From: Nitrospirota bacterium
GTDB lineage: Bacteria > Nitrospirota > Thermodesulfovibrionia > SZUA-242
Assembly: GCA_016212095.1 (NCBI GenBank)
Contig: JACRHH010000035.1
Location: forward strand, 77,948 to 141,947
Length of the DNA stretch: 64,000 nucleotides
Reading direction: 5' to 3'
Below, piece by piece: positions 47,286-56,837 of the stretch. The first letter of the stretch is position 1. The number at the start of each line of letters is the position of its first letter. Both the position numbers and the translations under genes were made by a program. The notes under the pieces are model-generated. The model searched no databases. It was not told the origin of the DNA and was given only the letters and a program-made list of their open reading frames with translations.

Positions 47286-50200
47286 ATGAAAATCATTGCC
47301 TCGACGTTTAACAACATCATTCCGCTTGGCGGATATGCGCTTGCGCTTGCCATGACGCTTCTGCTTCCCTCCCCCCTTTACGCCGCCACCCTCATCCATC
47401 ACGACATGACGGTGAGGCTCGACCCCGCCGAGCACCGCATCACGGTTTCCGACAACGTTTCGCTTTCCGGCGGATTTCCCGCCGAAATAACCTTCGGCCT
47501 GCATCCGGGCCTGAACCCGAAATCGCCGACTCGCGGCGCGAGCATCGAACAACTTCCGGGCGATTCAGCCTATCGGGCGCATCTGCCGCCCGGCGCGAAA
47601 GCGTTCACAATCGAATACTCAGGCGCGATAGATCATCCGCTTGAGAGCGTTGGCGCGGAGCAGGCGCGCGGATTCAGGCAGACATCCGGCGCGATTACGC
47701 CCGACGGCGCGTATCTGGCCGGAAGTTCAATGTGGTATCCGCGATTCGGCAGCGAAACCGTCACCTTCCGCGTCGAGGTTTCGCTGCCCGCGAAGTGGGA
47801 CGCGGTGGCTCAGGGCGAACGGACGCGGCACGAGCGCGCGGATTCAGGCACTGTTACGGTTTGGGAATCGAAAGAGCCGCAGGACGAGATTTTTTTGATC
47901 GCCGCCGCGTTTGCGGAATATGAAAAGCAAGCCGGGCGGGTTTCGGCCATGGCGTTTCTGCGAACTCCGGATGACGGGCTTGCGAACAAATATCTGGACG
48001 CAACCGCGCGATACATCGCCATGTACGAAAAAATGATCGGCCCGTATCCGTACTCGAAGTTCGCGCTGGTGGAGAACTTTTGGGAAACTGGCTACGGAAT
48101 GCCTTCGTTCACGCTTCTTGGGCCGAAGATCATCCGGATGCCGTTCATCATCAATTCATCGTATCCGCACGAAATTCTGCACAATTGGTGGGGCAACAGC
48201 GTCTGGCCAAACTACGCCAAGGGCAACTGGGCCGAGGGTTTGACCGCCTATCTGGCCGATCATCTGATAAAAGAGCAGCAGGGGCAGGGCGCGGAATATC
48301 GCCAGTCGGTGCTTCAGAAATACGCCGATTATGTCTCGGACGGGCGCGATTTTCCTCTTTCGGGCTTCACGTCGCGCCACGGCTCCTCATCGGAGGCTGT
48401 CGGGTACGGCAAGGCCGCGATCTTTTTTCACATGCTGAGGAACCGCATGGGCGACGAAATTTTCATCAAGTGCTTGCAGCGTTTTTACGCCGACAACCGG
48501 TTTAAAACGGCATCGTTCGACGATCTTCGGAAAAGCTTCGAGGACGTTACCGGCGAGAGCTTGAAAGCCGAATTCGATCAATGGGTTACGCGCGCTGGCG
48601 CGCCGAAGCTTGCCGTAAGCGGCGTAAGCGTGACCGCGGTGAAAAACGGTTTTATTCTGAAGGCCGATGTCGAACAGGTTCAGCCCGGCGATGTTTATTC
48701 GCTAATAGTGCCGGTTGCCGTGACGATGGAGGGCGTTCCGCGCGCATTCCGCACAGTGGCGGAAATGAGCGGGCGAAAGGCCGCTATCAATATCCGCCTT
48801 TCGTCGCGCCCGCTACGGCTCGACATCGATCCGGAATTCGACGTTTTCCGGCGGCTGGACACCGGCGAAACCCCGCCCGCCATAACCCAGGCGCTCGGCG
48901 CGAAGAAAATGCTGGCGGTTCTGCCGTCGTCCGCCGACGCGAAAACGCTTGCAGCATGGCGCGCGCTGGCCGAATCGCTTGGCAAATCCGGGCCGGATTC
49001 AATTGTAATCGCGCTTGACAGCGAGATCGACAAGCTTCCTCCGGACAGGGCGGCGGCGATTCTTGGCGGCGGCAACCGGTTTGCGAAAACCGTTTTCGAC
49101 GCCCTTTCCGGCTATGGCGTCTCGGCTGACGCTGCGAACATCCGCATTGGCGAAACAGAAATTCCGCGTAAAAATCATGCGGTTGTGCTTTCGGCGCGAA
49201 GGCCCGGAAACAGCGAAGCCGCGCTTCTGTTCATCGACGCCGACACGCCAGGCGCGCTTCCCGGCCTTGCGCGAAAGCTGCCGCATTATCACAAGTACAG
49301 CTATCTGGCGTTCGAGGGCGACGAGCCGGTGAACACGGTGAAGGGCCGCTGGCCGGTTGTGGCGTCGCCGATGACCGTGTATCTGCCGGGAGCCGACGGC
49401 GTGGCAAAACGTGTTGACATGGGAGCCGTTCCGGCGCGCGAGCCGCTTGCGAGCCTGCCGCAGGCGTTTTCGCCTGAGCGCATGACCGAGACGGTTGGCA
49501 AACTTGCCACACCGGACATGGCCGGTCGCGGCATTGGAACAACTGAGATCAGCCGCGCAGCCGATTTCATCGCCGAAAAATTCAGGGAGGCCGGACTGGA
49601 ATCGGCTGGCGACGGCAGCGGGTATTTTCAGAAGTGGACTGAAACTGTCGGCGGAAAAACCGTTTCGCTCAAAAACGTGCTTGGCGTGATTCCCGGCACA
49701 AAACCCGAATTCGCCGGGCAGAGCGTTGTAATCGCGGCGCATTACGATCATCTTGGAATTATTGACGGCAAGATTTACCCCGGCTCGGACGACAACGCAA
49801 GCGGCGTGGCCGTCCTGATCGAACTTGCTCGCGCGTTTTCGGCTGGCGCGAAGCCGGAGCGGAACATCGTGTTCGCCGCGTTCACGGCGGAGGAAACGGG
49901 CCGCATCGGCTCGCGGCATTACATTGCGGATGCGAAACGTTTTCCGGCTGAAAAGTGCATCGCCGCTATCAATCTCGACACCGTGGGCAGGCTCGGCAAA
50001 GGCAAAATCCTTGCGCTCGGCTCCGGCTCGGCATCCGAATGGGTGCATATCTTCCGTGGCGCGGGCTATGTGACCGGCGTTGAGGTTGAAGCCGTGACAA
50101 CCGATTACGAGGCAAGCGACGACAGAAGTTTTCGTGACGCAGGAGTTCCGGCTGTGCAGTTATTCACCGGCCCTCACGCCGATTATCACAAGCCGACCGA

Positions 50201-50630
50201 CACGCCGGAAAAGATCGACGCAAACGGGCTGGTTAAGGTTGCTATGGTGGCGAAGGAGGCGGCGGAGTATCTGGCATCGCGCCCGGAATTTCTCACGTCA
50301 ACGCTTAAGGCATCGGAAAGCGGCCTTTCGGAGGAAATCGGCGGGATGGGAACACACTCCGGAAGAAAAACCAGCTTGGGAATTGTTCCCGACTTCGCGT
50401 TCACCGGCAAGGGCTGCCGCCTGTCGGGCGTCACGCCCGGCTCGCCCGCCGAGTCCTGCGGACTTCGGGAGGGCGATGTGATAGTGAAAATTAACGCCGG
50501 AGATGTTGCGAGCCTGAAGGATTTGTCGAATACTTTGAAAACGCTGAAACCCGGTGAGCGCGTAACCGTTACGGTAATGCGCGACGGCGCGGCGCTGACT
50601 GTTGAGGCGGAACTGGCGGAGAGGAGGTAG
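47286..50630 (+). CDS. Secreted multidomain metallopeptidase: M1-like + M28 + PDZ
   Basis: HEILHNWWGN...WAEG; AHYDH, GSDDNASG, AEETG, DYH; LGIVPD/GSPAE PDZ. Confidence 0.88.
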   Translation: MKIIASTFNNIIPLGGYALALAMTLLLPSPLYAATLIHHDMTVRLDPAEHRITVSDNVSLSGGFPAEITFGLHPGLNPKSPTRGASIEQLPGDSAYRAHLPPGAKAFTIEYSGAIDHPLESVGAEQARGFRQTSGAITPDGAYLAGSSMWYPRFGSETVTFRVEVSLPAKWDAVAQGERTRHERADSGTVTVWESKEPQDEIFLIAAAFAEYEKQAGRVSAMAFLRTPDDGLANKYLDATARYIAMYEKMIGPYPYSKFALVENFWETGYGMPSFTLLGPKIIRMPFIINSSYPHEILHNWWGNSVWPNYAKGNWAEGLTAYLADHLIKEQQGQGAEYRQSVLQKYADYVSDGRDFPLSGFTSRHGSSSEAVGYGKAAIFFHMLRNRMGDEIFIKCLQRFYADNRFKTASFDDLRKSFEDVTGESLKAEFDQWVTRAGAPKLAVSGVSVTAVKNGFILKADVEQVQPGDVYSLIVPVAVTMEGVPRAFRTVAEMSGRKAAINIRLSSRPLRLDIDPEFDVFRRLDTGETPPAITQALGAKKMLAVLPSSADAKTLAAWRALAESLGKSGPDSIVIALDSEIDKLPPDRAAAILGGGNRFAKTVFDALSGYGVSADAANIRIGETEIPRKNHAVVLSARRPGNSEAALLFIDADTPGALPGLARKLPHYHKYSYLAFEGDEPVNTVKGRWPVVASPMTVYLPGADGVAKRVDMGAVPAREPLASLPQAFSPERMTETVGKLATPDMAGRGIGTTEISRAADFIAEKFREAGLESAGDGSGYFQKWTETVGGKTVSLKNVLGVIPGTKPEFAGQSVVIAAHYDHLGIIDGKIYPGSDDNASGVAVLIELARAFSAGAKPERNIVFAAFTAEETGRIGSRHYIADAKRFPAEKCIAAINLDTVGRLGKGKILALGSGSASEWVHIFRGAGYVTGVEVEAVTTDYEASDDRSFRDAGVPAVQLFTGPHADYHKPTDTPEKIDANGLVKVAMVAKEAAEYLASRPEFLTSTLKASESGLSEEIGGMGTHSGRKTSLGIVPDFAFTGKGCRLSGVTPGSPAESCGLREGDVIVKINAGDVASLKDLSNTLKTLKPGERVTVTVMRDGAALTVEAELAERR

Positions 50631-50638
50631 GCGGAAAG

Positions 50639-51331
50639 TTAATGCTTGTGCGGCAGGTGCGGCTTGTGCGCCCTCAGCCACGCGAACAAACGCTCGCGGT
50701 AAATGTATGAGAGCAGGGCTGCAACCGAGGCGATGCTGACCATGACAAGAAAGAGCCTGTAATCGCCTGCCTCTATAAAACTGCCGCCGAACGACAGCCC
50801 TATCGTCCCGAACAGCCGCCCGACTGACGAGACGATTAGAAATGAGCGAAACGGCATTTTGCTTGTGCCAAGGATGTAGCAGAGGATGTCCTTTGGGAAA
50901 CCGGGAACAAGAAAAAGCAGAAACGATATGCCGATTCCCTTGTGTTCCATCAGGAAGTCGTATTTGTCGAGCGTCTCCTGCCTCGCGAATTTTGCCACGA
51001 ACGGCCTGCCGAAGCGGCGCGAAAGGGAAAACGCGATGATCGAGCCGATTGTCAGCCCGATGGTCGAGTAAACAAGTCCGGACGGGCCGCCGTAGATATA
51101 ACCGCCCACAAAACCGGTCACCTCGCCCGGAATCGGCGCAAACAGAACCTGCAATACCTGTATGGAGATGAATACCGGTACCGACGCCGCGCCAAACGAG
51201 CGTATGAAGCCGATAAGCTGCCTGCTGTCTGTTGCCAGGCGATGAATGCCGAAATGGTGTATTGCGGCTGTTGAGATCGCAATCACGGCAAGAAAAAGCG
51301 TGAATTTGAGAATGACGCGGTTTCCGGCCAT
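50639..51331 (-). CDS. TVP38/TMEM64 (DedA/SNARE-associated) membrane protein
   Basis: QVLFAPIPGEVTGFVGGY, LSRRFGRP, LVPGFPKDILCY. Confidence 0.88.
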   Translation of the reverse strand: MAGNRVILKFTLFLAVIAISTAAIHHFGIHRLATDSRQLIGFIRSFGAASVPVFISIQVLQVLFAPIPGEVTGFVGGYIYGGPSGLVYSTIGLTIGSIIAFSLSRRFGRPFVAKFARQETLDKYDFLMEHKGIGISFLLFLVPGFPKDILCYILGTSKMPFRSFLIVSSVGRLFGTIGLSFGGSFIEAGDYRLFLVMVSIASVAALLSYIYRERLFAWLRAHKPHLPHKH

Positions 51332-51358
51332 GCTATGGACAGGGAAGAATGTGCGGCA

Positions 51359-52477
51359 TCAGGCGATTGAAACTCCCGATGCTTCGGCAATCAGCCGCGC
51401 GGCTTCGTCGATTTCGCCGCCGGTGGTGTCTTTTCCCACGCTCAGCCGGATGGAAGAAAGCGCGTCGGCGTCTGAAAGCCCCATCGCCTTCAGCACGCCG
51501 GACGGCGCACCGCCCGCGCCATGACACGCCGCTCCGGCAGACGCAGCAAGCCTGTCCGTCAGCCGGTCGAGAAGCGCGTGGACATTCACGCCCGGAAGGC
51601 AGACGTTCAGCGTGTTCGGAAGGCGCATATCAGCGCTTCCGTTTATCCGGGCATCCGGGAATATCGCCTTGAGGCGGGCAAGCAGCATGGCCGAAAGTTC
51701 CCTCATCCGCCCGGCATATGCGCCGCCTGCGGCCATGCGGCAGGCCGCGCCCAGCCCGACTATAAGCGGCACGTTCTCGGTTCCGGGCCGAATGCCGCGC
51801 TCATGGCCCGCGCCAAACATAAGCGGGCGAAGTTGAGCGCCGCGCCTGATGTAAAGCGCGCCGATGCCTTTGGGCGCATAAAACTTGTGGCCCGCAAGGC
51901 TCATGAAATCAACGCCAAGCGCGTTTACGTCAATATCCGCCTTGCCCGGCGACTGCGCCGCGTCGGTATGAAACGCAATACCGCGGCCATTCAGAATCCG
52001 CCCGATCTCCGCAACCGGCTGAAGCGCGCCGGTTTCGTTGTTCGAGTGCATGACGGTTACAAGCACGGTGTCGTTCGTTATCGCGGCGGCAAGCTCGCAC
52101 GGATCGACTCGGCAGTCGCGGCCAACCGGAAGCCTTGTCACACGAAATCCGGCAGCCTCCAGACGGGCACAAGGCGCGGCAATGGCCGGATGTTCTATCG
52201 CCGTGGTTATGACATGCCCGCCGCCGCGCATCAGGGTTGAGCCAAAGACAGCCAGATTATTCGCCTCGGTCGCGCCGGAGGTGAACACAATTTCGTCAGG
52301 CGCGGCCCCGATCATGGCGGCAACATCTTCACGCGCCTGTTCGACAGCGGCGCGGGCTTCGCGGCCAACCGCGTGCGAACTGGACGGATTGCCGAAACGT
52401 TCCGAAAAGTACGGAAACATGGCGTCCAGCACGGCGCGGTCAACCGGTGTTGTTGCGTTGTAATCGAGATATATCAT
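51359..52477 (-). CDS. Group I cysteine desulfurase / selenocysteine lyase-like PLP enzyme
   Basis: IYLDYNATTP, HSNNETG, HTDAAQS, GHKFYAPKG, RPGTEN, SAGAACH. Confidence 0.9.
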   Translation of the reverse strand: MIYLDYNATTPVDRAVLDAMFPYFSERFGNPSSSHAVGREARAAVEQAREDVAAMIGAAPDEIVFTSGATEANNLAVFGSTLMRGGGHVITTAIEHPAIAAPCARLEAAGFRVTRLPVGRDCRVDPCELAAAITNDTVLVTVMHSNNETGALQPVAEIGRILNGRGIAFHTDAAQSPGKADIDVNALGVDFMSLAGHKFYAPKGIGALYIRRGAQLRPLMFGAGHERGIRPGTENVPLIVGLGAACRMAAGGAYAGRMRELSAMLLARLKAIFPDARINGSADMRLPNTLNVCLPGVNVHALLDRLTDRLAASAGAACHGAGGAPSGVLKAMGLSDADALSSIRLSVGKDTTGGEIDEAARLIAEASGVSIA

Positions 52478-53344
52478 CTATTTGGGGTCGAGTTCCCTGT
52501 GATAGGTGAAAATGTCCACTTTATCAAGCTTCCGCAGCCTGGCCGCGAGGCTTTCGGCGATTGCGGGGGAACGATGACGTCCTCCTGTGCAGCCGACCGC
52601 GATGCCAAGCGCGCTTTTTCCTTCGGCCCTGTACCTTGGGATGAGATAGACAAGAAGTTCGTGAAACTTTTCCAGAAACTCCTGCGTCTCGTCCTTCAGA
52701 AGCACAAAGTCGGCAACCGAACGGTCGAGCCCGGTGAATGGCCGAAGCTCAGGCACGAAATGCGGGTTCGGAAGGAAGCGCACGTCCATCATGATGTCGG
52801 CCTCGGATGGCGTGCCGAACTTGAAGCCGAACGAAATGACGTTTACCCTCAGCCTGTTATCCACGCTCCTGCCGTAGCTTTTCAGGATGAGATCGCGCAA
52901 CTGATGCGGCGAGAACGATTCCGTGGTTATTATCCGGTCGGCCTGTCTGGAAAAAGGCTCGATTGTCTTTCGCTCGCGCTCGATCGCGTCCTTCAGCGAG
53001 CCGCCTTCAAGAAGCAGCGGGTGCGGACGCCGTGTCTCCCGGAAGCGGCGGGCAATAACCTCGTCGCCAGCGTCCAGGAAAATCACATCCACATTGAAGC
53101 CCGCCTTGCGGAGCCTTCCGCATACTGTCTCGAAGTTGGCCAGATAATCTCTTTCCCGAATGCCGATGCCGAGCGCCAGCGCGGTTATGCCGCGTTTTTT
53201 CAGCGACATGCAGGCGGAATAGATGACGTCAGTGGGAATGTTGTCGATGCAATAGTAACCGGCATCCTCAAGAGCCTTGAGGACTACGCTTTTACCTGCT
53301 CCTGAAAGTCCGGTGATTATCTTTGCGTCTAGTTTGATTTTCAA
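52478..53344 (-). CDS. rapZ: RNase adapter RapZ (YvcJ/YhbJ family)
   Basis: TGLSGAGKS, ETRRPHPL, SFGFKFG, DVRFLPNP, GCTGGRHRS; probable TTG start 53344. Confidence 0.93.
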   Translation of the reverse strand: MKIKLDAKIITGLSGAGKSVVLKALEDAGYYCIDNIPTDVIYSACMSLKKRGITALALGIGIRERDYLANFETVCGRLRKAGFNVDVIFLDAGDEVIARRFRETRRPHPLLLEGGSLKDAIERERKTIEPFSRQADRIITTESFSPHQLRDLILKSYGRSVDNRLRVNVISFGFKFGTPSEADIMMDVRFLPNPHFVPELRPFTGLDRSVADFVLLKDETQEFLEKFHELLVYLIPRYRAEGKSALGIAVGCTGGRHRSPAIAESLAARLRKLDKVDIFTYHRELDPK

Positions 53345-53432
53345 AGATTTTGTATACAAAAGAGGCGGCGAACTATCCGTCCGGCTAGCCGCCATTGGCT
53401 TGCCCGGCTCGCCGCCCCCGGATGTGCCGACA

Positions 53433-53969
53433 CTATCTGGCCGGCTGAATAAGCCCTATGTTGCCGTCCTTGCGGCGATAGACCACGTTCATGTCGCTGC
53501 CGGACGAACTGATGAAGACGAAGAAATCCTGCTTGCGCAGATCCATCTGCATGGCCGCCTCCTCGGCGGTCATCGGCTTCGGATCGAACCTGTTGCTCTT
53601 GATGATCAAGCGCCCGGCTTGCTCCTCCGCTGCGGCTTCCTCGACAGAAGGAGCCGCAACCGCCGCGCCGCGTTCGGGCTGCCTGCGCGGCCCCTGCTTG
53701 CCCTTGAGCTTCGTGACCTGACGCCCCAGCTTGTCGAGCACGTCGTCAATGGAGGAGTACATTTCCCCGGTTACGCTCTCGGCCTGAATAGGCTGGCCGT
53801 TGAGGTTAAGCGATGCCTCAACCTTGTGCCGGAACTTTTCGAGGCTGAAGGTGAAAGACGCTTCAGTTATGTTGGCGTCGAACTTGTCGAATTTCTTTAC
53901 CTTGTCCTCGGCATAGGCCTTTAGCGCGTCCGTTAAATCAACATTCTTGCCGGTTACGATTACGTTCAT
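53433..53969 (-). CDS. hpf: Ribosome hibernation promoting factor (long form)
   Basis: GKNVDLTDALKAY, MYSSID, KPMTAEEAAMQM, VVYRRKDG. Confidence 0.93.
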   Translation of the reverse strand: MNVIVTGKNVDLTDALKAYAEDKVKKFDKFDANITEASFTFSLEKFRHKVEASLNLNGQPIQAESVTGEMYSSIDDVLDKLGRQVTKLKGKQGPRRQPERGAAVAAPSVEEAAAEEQAGRLIIKSNRFDPKPMTAEEAAMQMDLRKQDFFVFISSSGSDMNVVYRRKDGNIGLIQPAR

Positions 53970-54079
53970 GCTGCGTTCCTCCTGTGATTGACGTTGTCCG
54001 GTGTATCTGATTCCAGAATATCACCGAACAATCGAAAGTGAAAGTGGGGCGAGGGTTTAACCCTGCTCTTTATAGATGG

Positions 54080-55537
54080 TTATTTCGCCTTCTTCCTTCT
54101 GTTTTGCGGCGGAATTTTCAGTTCGTCACGATATTTGGCCACGGTTCTGCGGGCAATCTCCACGCCCTTGGCTTTCAGCAGCTCGACAATCTTCTGGTCG
54201 CTGTGAGGCGCGGACGGCTCCTCGTCGGCGATGACCTTCCTCACCATCTGCTTCACCGATGTGGCCGCAACCACATCGGAATCGCCCCTTGAGCTGCCGA
54301 GGGAGCTTGAGAAAAAATAGCGGAACGGCAGCAGTCCGTCCGGAGTCTGGATGTATTTGTTCGACGTGACACGGCTGATGGTGCTTTCGTGCATTCCCAG
54401 ATCGCCCGCAATCTCCTTCAGGGTTAACGGCTTCAGGTGCGACACTCCCTTTTCGAAATAATCGCCCTGATACTTCAGAATGCTCTCCGTAACCCTGTAG
54501 ATGGTCTTGTTCCTCTGGTCGAGGCTTTTAAGCAGCCACACGGCGGAGCGCATCTTTTCCTCAAGGAATGCGCGCTCGTCGCCGGAGAGCGAACGCTTGT
54601 CCTCAAGCATTCGCCGGTAGAAGCTGTTCAGGCGAAGGCGGGGCATCCCTTCATCGTTGAGCATTATCCTGAATCCGTCCTCGTCGCGCACAAGATAAAC
54701 ATCCGGCGCGATGTACGATGTCTCGGACGAAACGAAGTTGCGAGCCGGTCGCGGCTCAAGCGATTCGATGGCCGCAACGGCTGCGCTCACATCATCGGCT
54801 GTCACGCCAAACCGCCTCGCAAGCTGGGCATACTGGCGGCGCTTCAGTTCCTCCATGCCGTCGCTGATTATTCTTTCCACAAGTGTTCCTGAAAGACCTA
54901 GCTCGCGCACCTGTATGAGAAGGCATTCGCGAAGATCGCGCGCGGCGATTCCGGTTGGATCGAACCGCTGAACCATTGCAAGCGCCTTTTCCGCTGTTTC
55001 GGCGTTCACCGCGCAGAAGTTAGCAACCTCTTCCAGCGATACCTGAAGGTAGCCGTCATCATCCAGATTGCCTATTATGAATTCGCAGACGCACCTGATG
55101 CAGTCGTCGGCGTCGATGAAACGGAGCTGCCACATCAGATGATCGACAAGATCGGGGCGGGAACTGACGAACTGCTCGAACGTCGGAGCCTCCTCGGTTC
55201 CGGGGCTGAAATAGCCGAGGTCGCGCCCGTCGGAGGCGCGATCCATGAAATAGTCGTCGGATTCGTGGCTGGTGAAAACCTGCTCAAGCGGCATCTCGGA
55301 ATCGTCGCGCGGCTCCGATACCGGTTCCTCGTTGTCGCGTTCCTCACGGCTGATTTCGTAATCGGAGGCGTATTCGTCTATCGATTCCTCAAGAACCGGA
55401 TTCTCTACCAGTTCCTGATTGAGCACCTGCGAGAGCTCAAGCTGCGGAAGCTGCAACAGCTTGATCGCCTGCTGAAGCTGTGGCGTGAGAATCAGCTTCT
55501 GCGCGAGCTTTAGCTGAAGGCTTATGTCAAGTGCCAT
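54080..55537 (-). CDS. rpoN: RNA polymerase sigma-54 factor
   Basis: LTPQLQQAIKLLQL, HESTISR, RpoN box ARRTVAKYR. Confidence 0.97.
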   Translation of the reverse strand: MALDISLQLKLAQKLILTPQLQQAIKLLQLPQLELSQVLNQELVENPVLEESIDEYASDYEISREERDNEEPVSEPRDDSEMPLEQVFTSHESDDYFMDRASDGRDLGYFSPGTEEAPTFEQFVSSRPDLVDHLMWQLRFIDADDCIRCVCEFIIGNLDDDGYLQVSLEEVANFCAVNAETAEKALAMVQRFDPTGIAARDLRECLLIQVRELGLSGTLVERIISDGMEELKRRQYAQLARRFGVTADDVSAAVAAIESLEPRPARNFVSSETSYIAPDVYLVRDEDGFRIMLNDEGMPRLRLNSFYRRMLEDKRSLSGDERAFLEEKMRSAVWLLKSLDQRNKTIYRVTESILKYQGDYFEKGVSHLKPLTLKEIAGDLGMHESTISRVTSNKYIQTPDGLLPFRYFFSSSLGSSRGDSDVVAATSVKQMVRKVIADEEPSAPHSDQKIVELLKAKGVEIARRTVAKYRDELKIPPQNRRKKAK

Positions 55538-55552
55538 AACCGTCCTGCAACG

Positions 55553-56278
55553 TCATATCGAGAAATCCTCTCCGAGATACGCTTTCCGCACAACCGGGCT
55601 TTCCACCAGCTCGCCCGGAGTGCCGGACTCCAGAATCCTGCCGCCGCTCACGATGTATGCCCTGTCGGTTATCGACAGCGTGTCGCGCACGTTATGATCT
55701 GTAATTATAACACCGATACCCTTGCGCTTAAGATAAGTAATCGTTTTTTGCAGATCCCCGATTGTTATCGGATCCACTCCGGCAAACGGCTCGTCAAGAA
55801 GCAGGAACGCCGGATTCATCGCAATTGCCCTTGCTATCTCAACCCGTCTGCGCTCGCCGCCCGAAAGATGAAATCCGCTGTTTTCGGCAAGGTGCGACAG
55901 GTTGAATTCGGCAAGTATCTCCATTGCCCGCGCCCTGCCTTCATCGGCTTCCAATCCCATTATCTCCATCACGACCATCAGGTTGTCGAGCACCGTGACA
56001 TGCTTGAATATCGACGACTCCTGCGGCAGATAGCCTATTCCCATGCGCGCCCGCCTGTACATCGGCAGGTTGCCGATTTCAGCGCCGTCCAGGGTGATCG
56101 TTCCCTCGTCCGGCTTCACGAGCCCCACCATCATGTAAAAGGTGGTTGTCTTGCCAGCGCCGTTTGGCCCCAGCAGCCCGACCACATCGCCCGCCGATAC
56201 TTCGAGCGATATGCCCTGCACAACCGGCTTGCCCTTGTAGGATTTTTTTATGCCGCTTGCAGCCAACCTTCTGATCAT
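55553..56278 (-). CDS. lptB: LPS export ABC transporter ATPase
   Basis: GPNGAGKTT, YLPQE, LSGGERRRVEIAR, DEPFAGVDP, TDHNVRDTL. Confidence 0.96.
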   Translation of the reverse strand: MIRRLAASGIKKSYKGKPVVQGISLEVSAGDVVGLLGPNGAGKTTTFYMMVGLVKPDEGTITLDGAEIGNLPMYRRARMGIGYLPQESSIFKHVTVLDNLMVVMEIMGLEADEGRARAMEILAEFNLSHLAENSGFHLSGGERRRVEIARAIAMNPAFLLLDEPFAGVDPITIGDLQKTITYLKRKGIGVIITDHNVRDTLSITDRAYIVSGGRILESGTPGELVESPVVRKAYLGEDFSI

Positions 56279-56291
56279 CTGTTCAGCCGGA

Positions 56292-56837
56292 TCATCTGTT
56301 CTGCTTCATATACACGCGGCTTTCCTCAACCGTGAGCTTGTCGCTTTTGGGGTAGTAGGTAATCCGCGAGCCCGACACAAGATTTTCGCCTTCGATGATG
56401 CGCGGATAGCCGCTGAATTCCATCCGTTCCTCTTCGCCGAAGAAAACAGCCGACTCGGCGACTATAGCCCTCTCACCCCTTACCACGCGGACGTTTCCGG
56501 CGCACTCGATCCTTGTTATACGCCCCGAATCGTCGCTGTAGAAGACGTCCATGCGGTCGGCATGAATCACCGCGCTTTCGGTTCTTGCTGTAACCTCTCC
56601 GCTGAACCGCGCCTTGCGGGCCTGATTGTCGGCCTCCATCGTGCGCGAAGTGATTACTACCGGCTGACGCGGCTTTGCGCCGGCATCGTTGTCGGGCCCG
56701 GCAGCCGACGCAACCGAGGCAAACAAAACGGCCCAGACGGCCATGACCAGGGCCAGGCAGATTAAGTCCGCTACAATTCTAAAGCAGATTGAATCTGCAG
56801 GTGACCGCGGATGTTTTTGCTCTCTGTGTTTTGACAT
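56292..56837 (-). CDS. lptA: LPS transport periplasmic protein LptA (start uncertain)
   Basis: PVVITSRTME, FSGEV, ADRMDVFY, GNVRV, VSGSRITY; between lptC and lptB. Confidence 0.85.
   Translation of the reverse strand: MSKHREQKHPRSPADSICFRIVADLICLALVMAVWAVLFASVASAAGPDNDAGAKPRQPVVITSRTMEADNQARKARFSGEVTARTESAVIHADRMDVFYSDDSGRITRIECAGNVRVVRGERAIVAESAVFFGEEERMEFSGYPRIIEGENLVSGSRITYYPKSDKLTVEESRVYMKQNR

Noticed and set aside
45183..47340. Prophage or integrative element at tRNA-Glu
   Set aside because: No integrase is present and I saw no duplicated tRNA 3' end in the window.
53150..53175. RapZ Walker-B-like Asp replaced by Gly (GIGIRER)
   Set aside because: A single substitution that cannot be evaluated without an alignment; the rest of the protein is intact.
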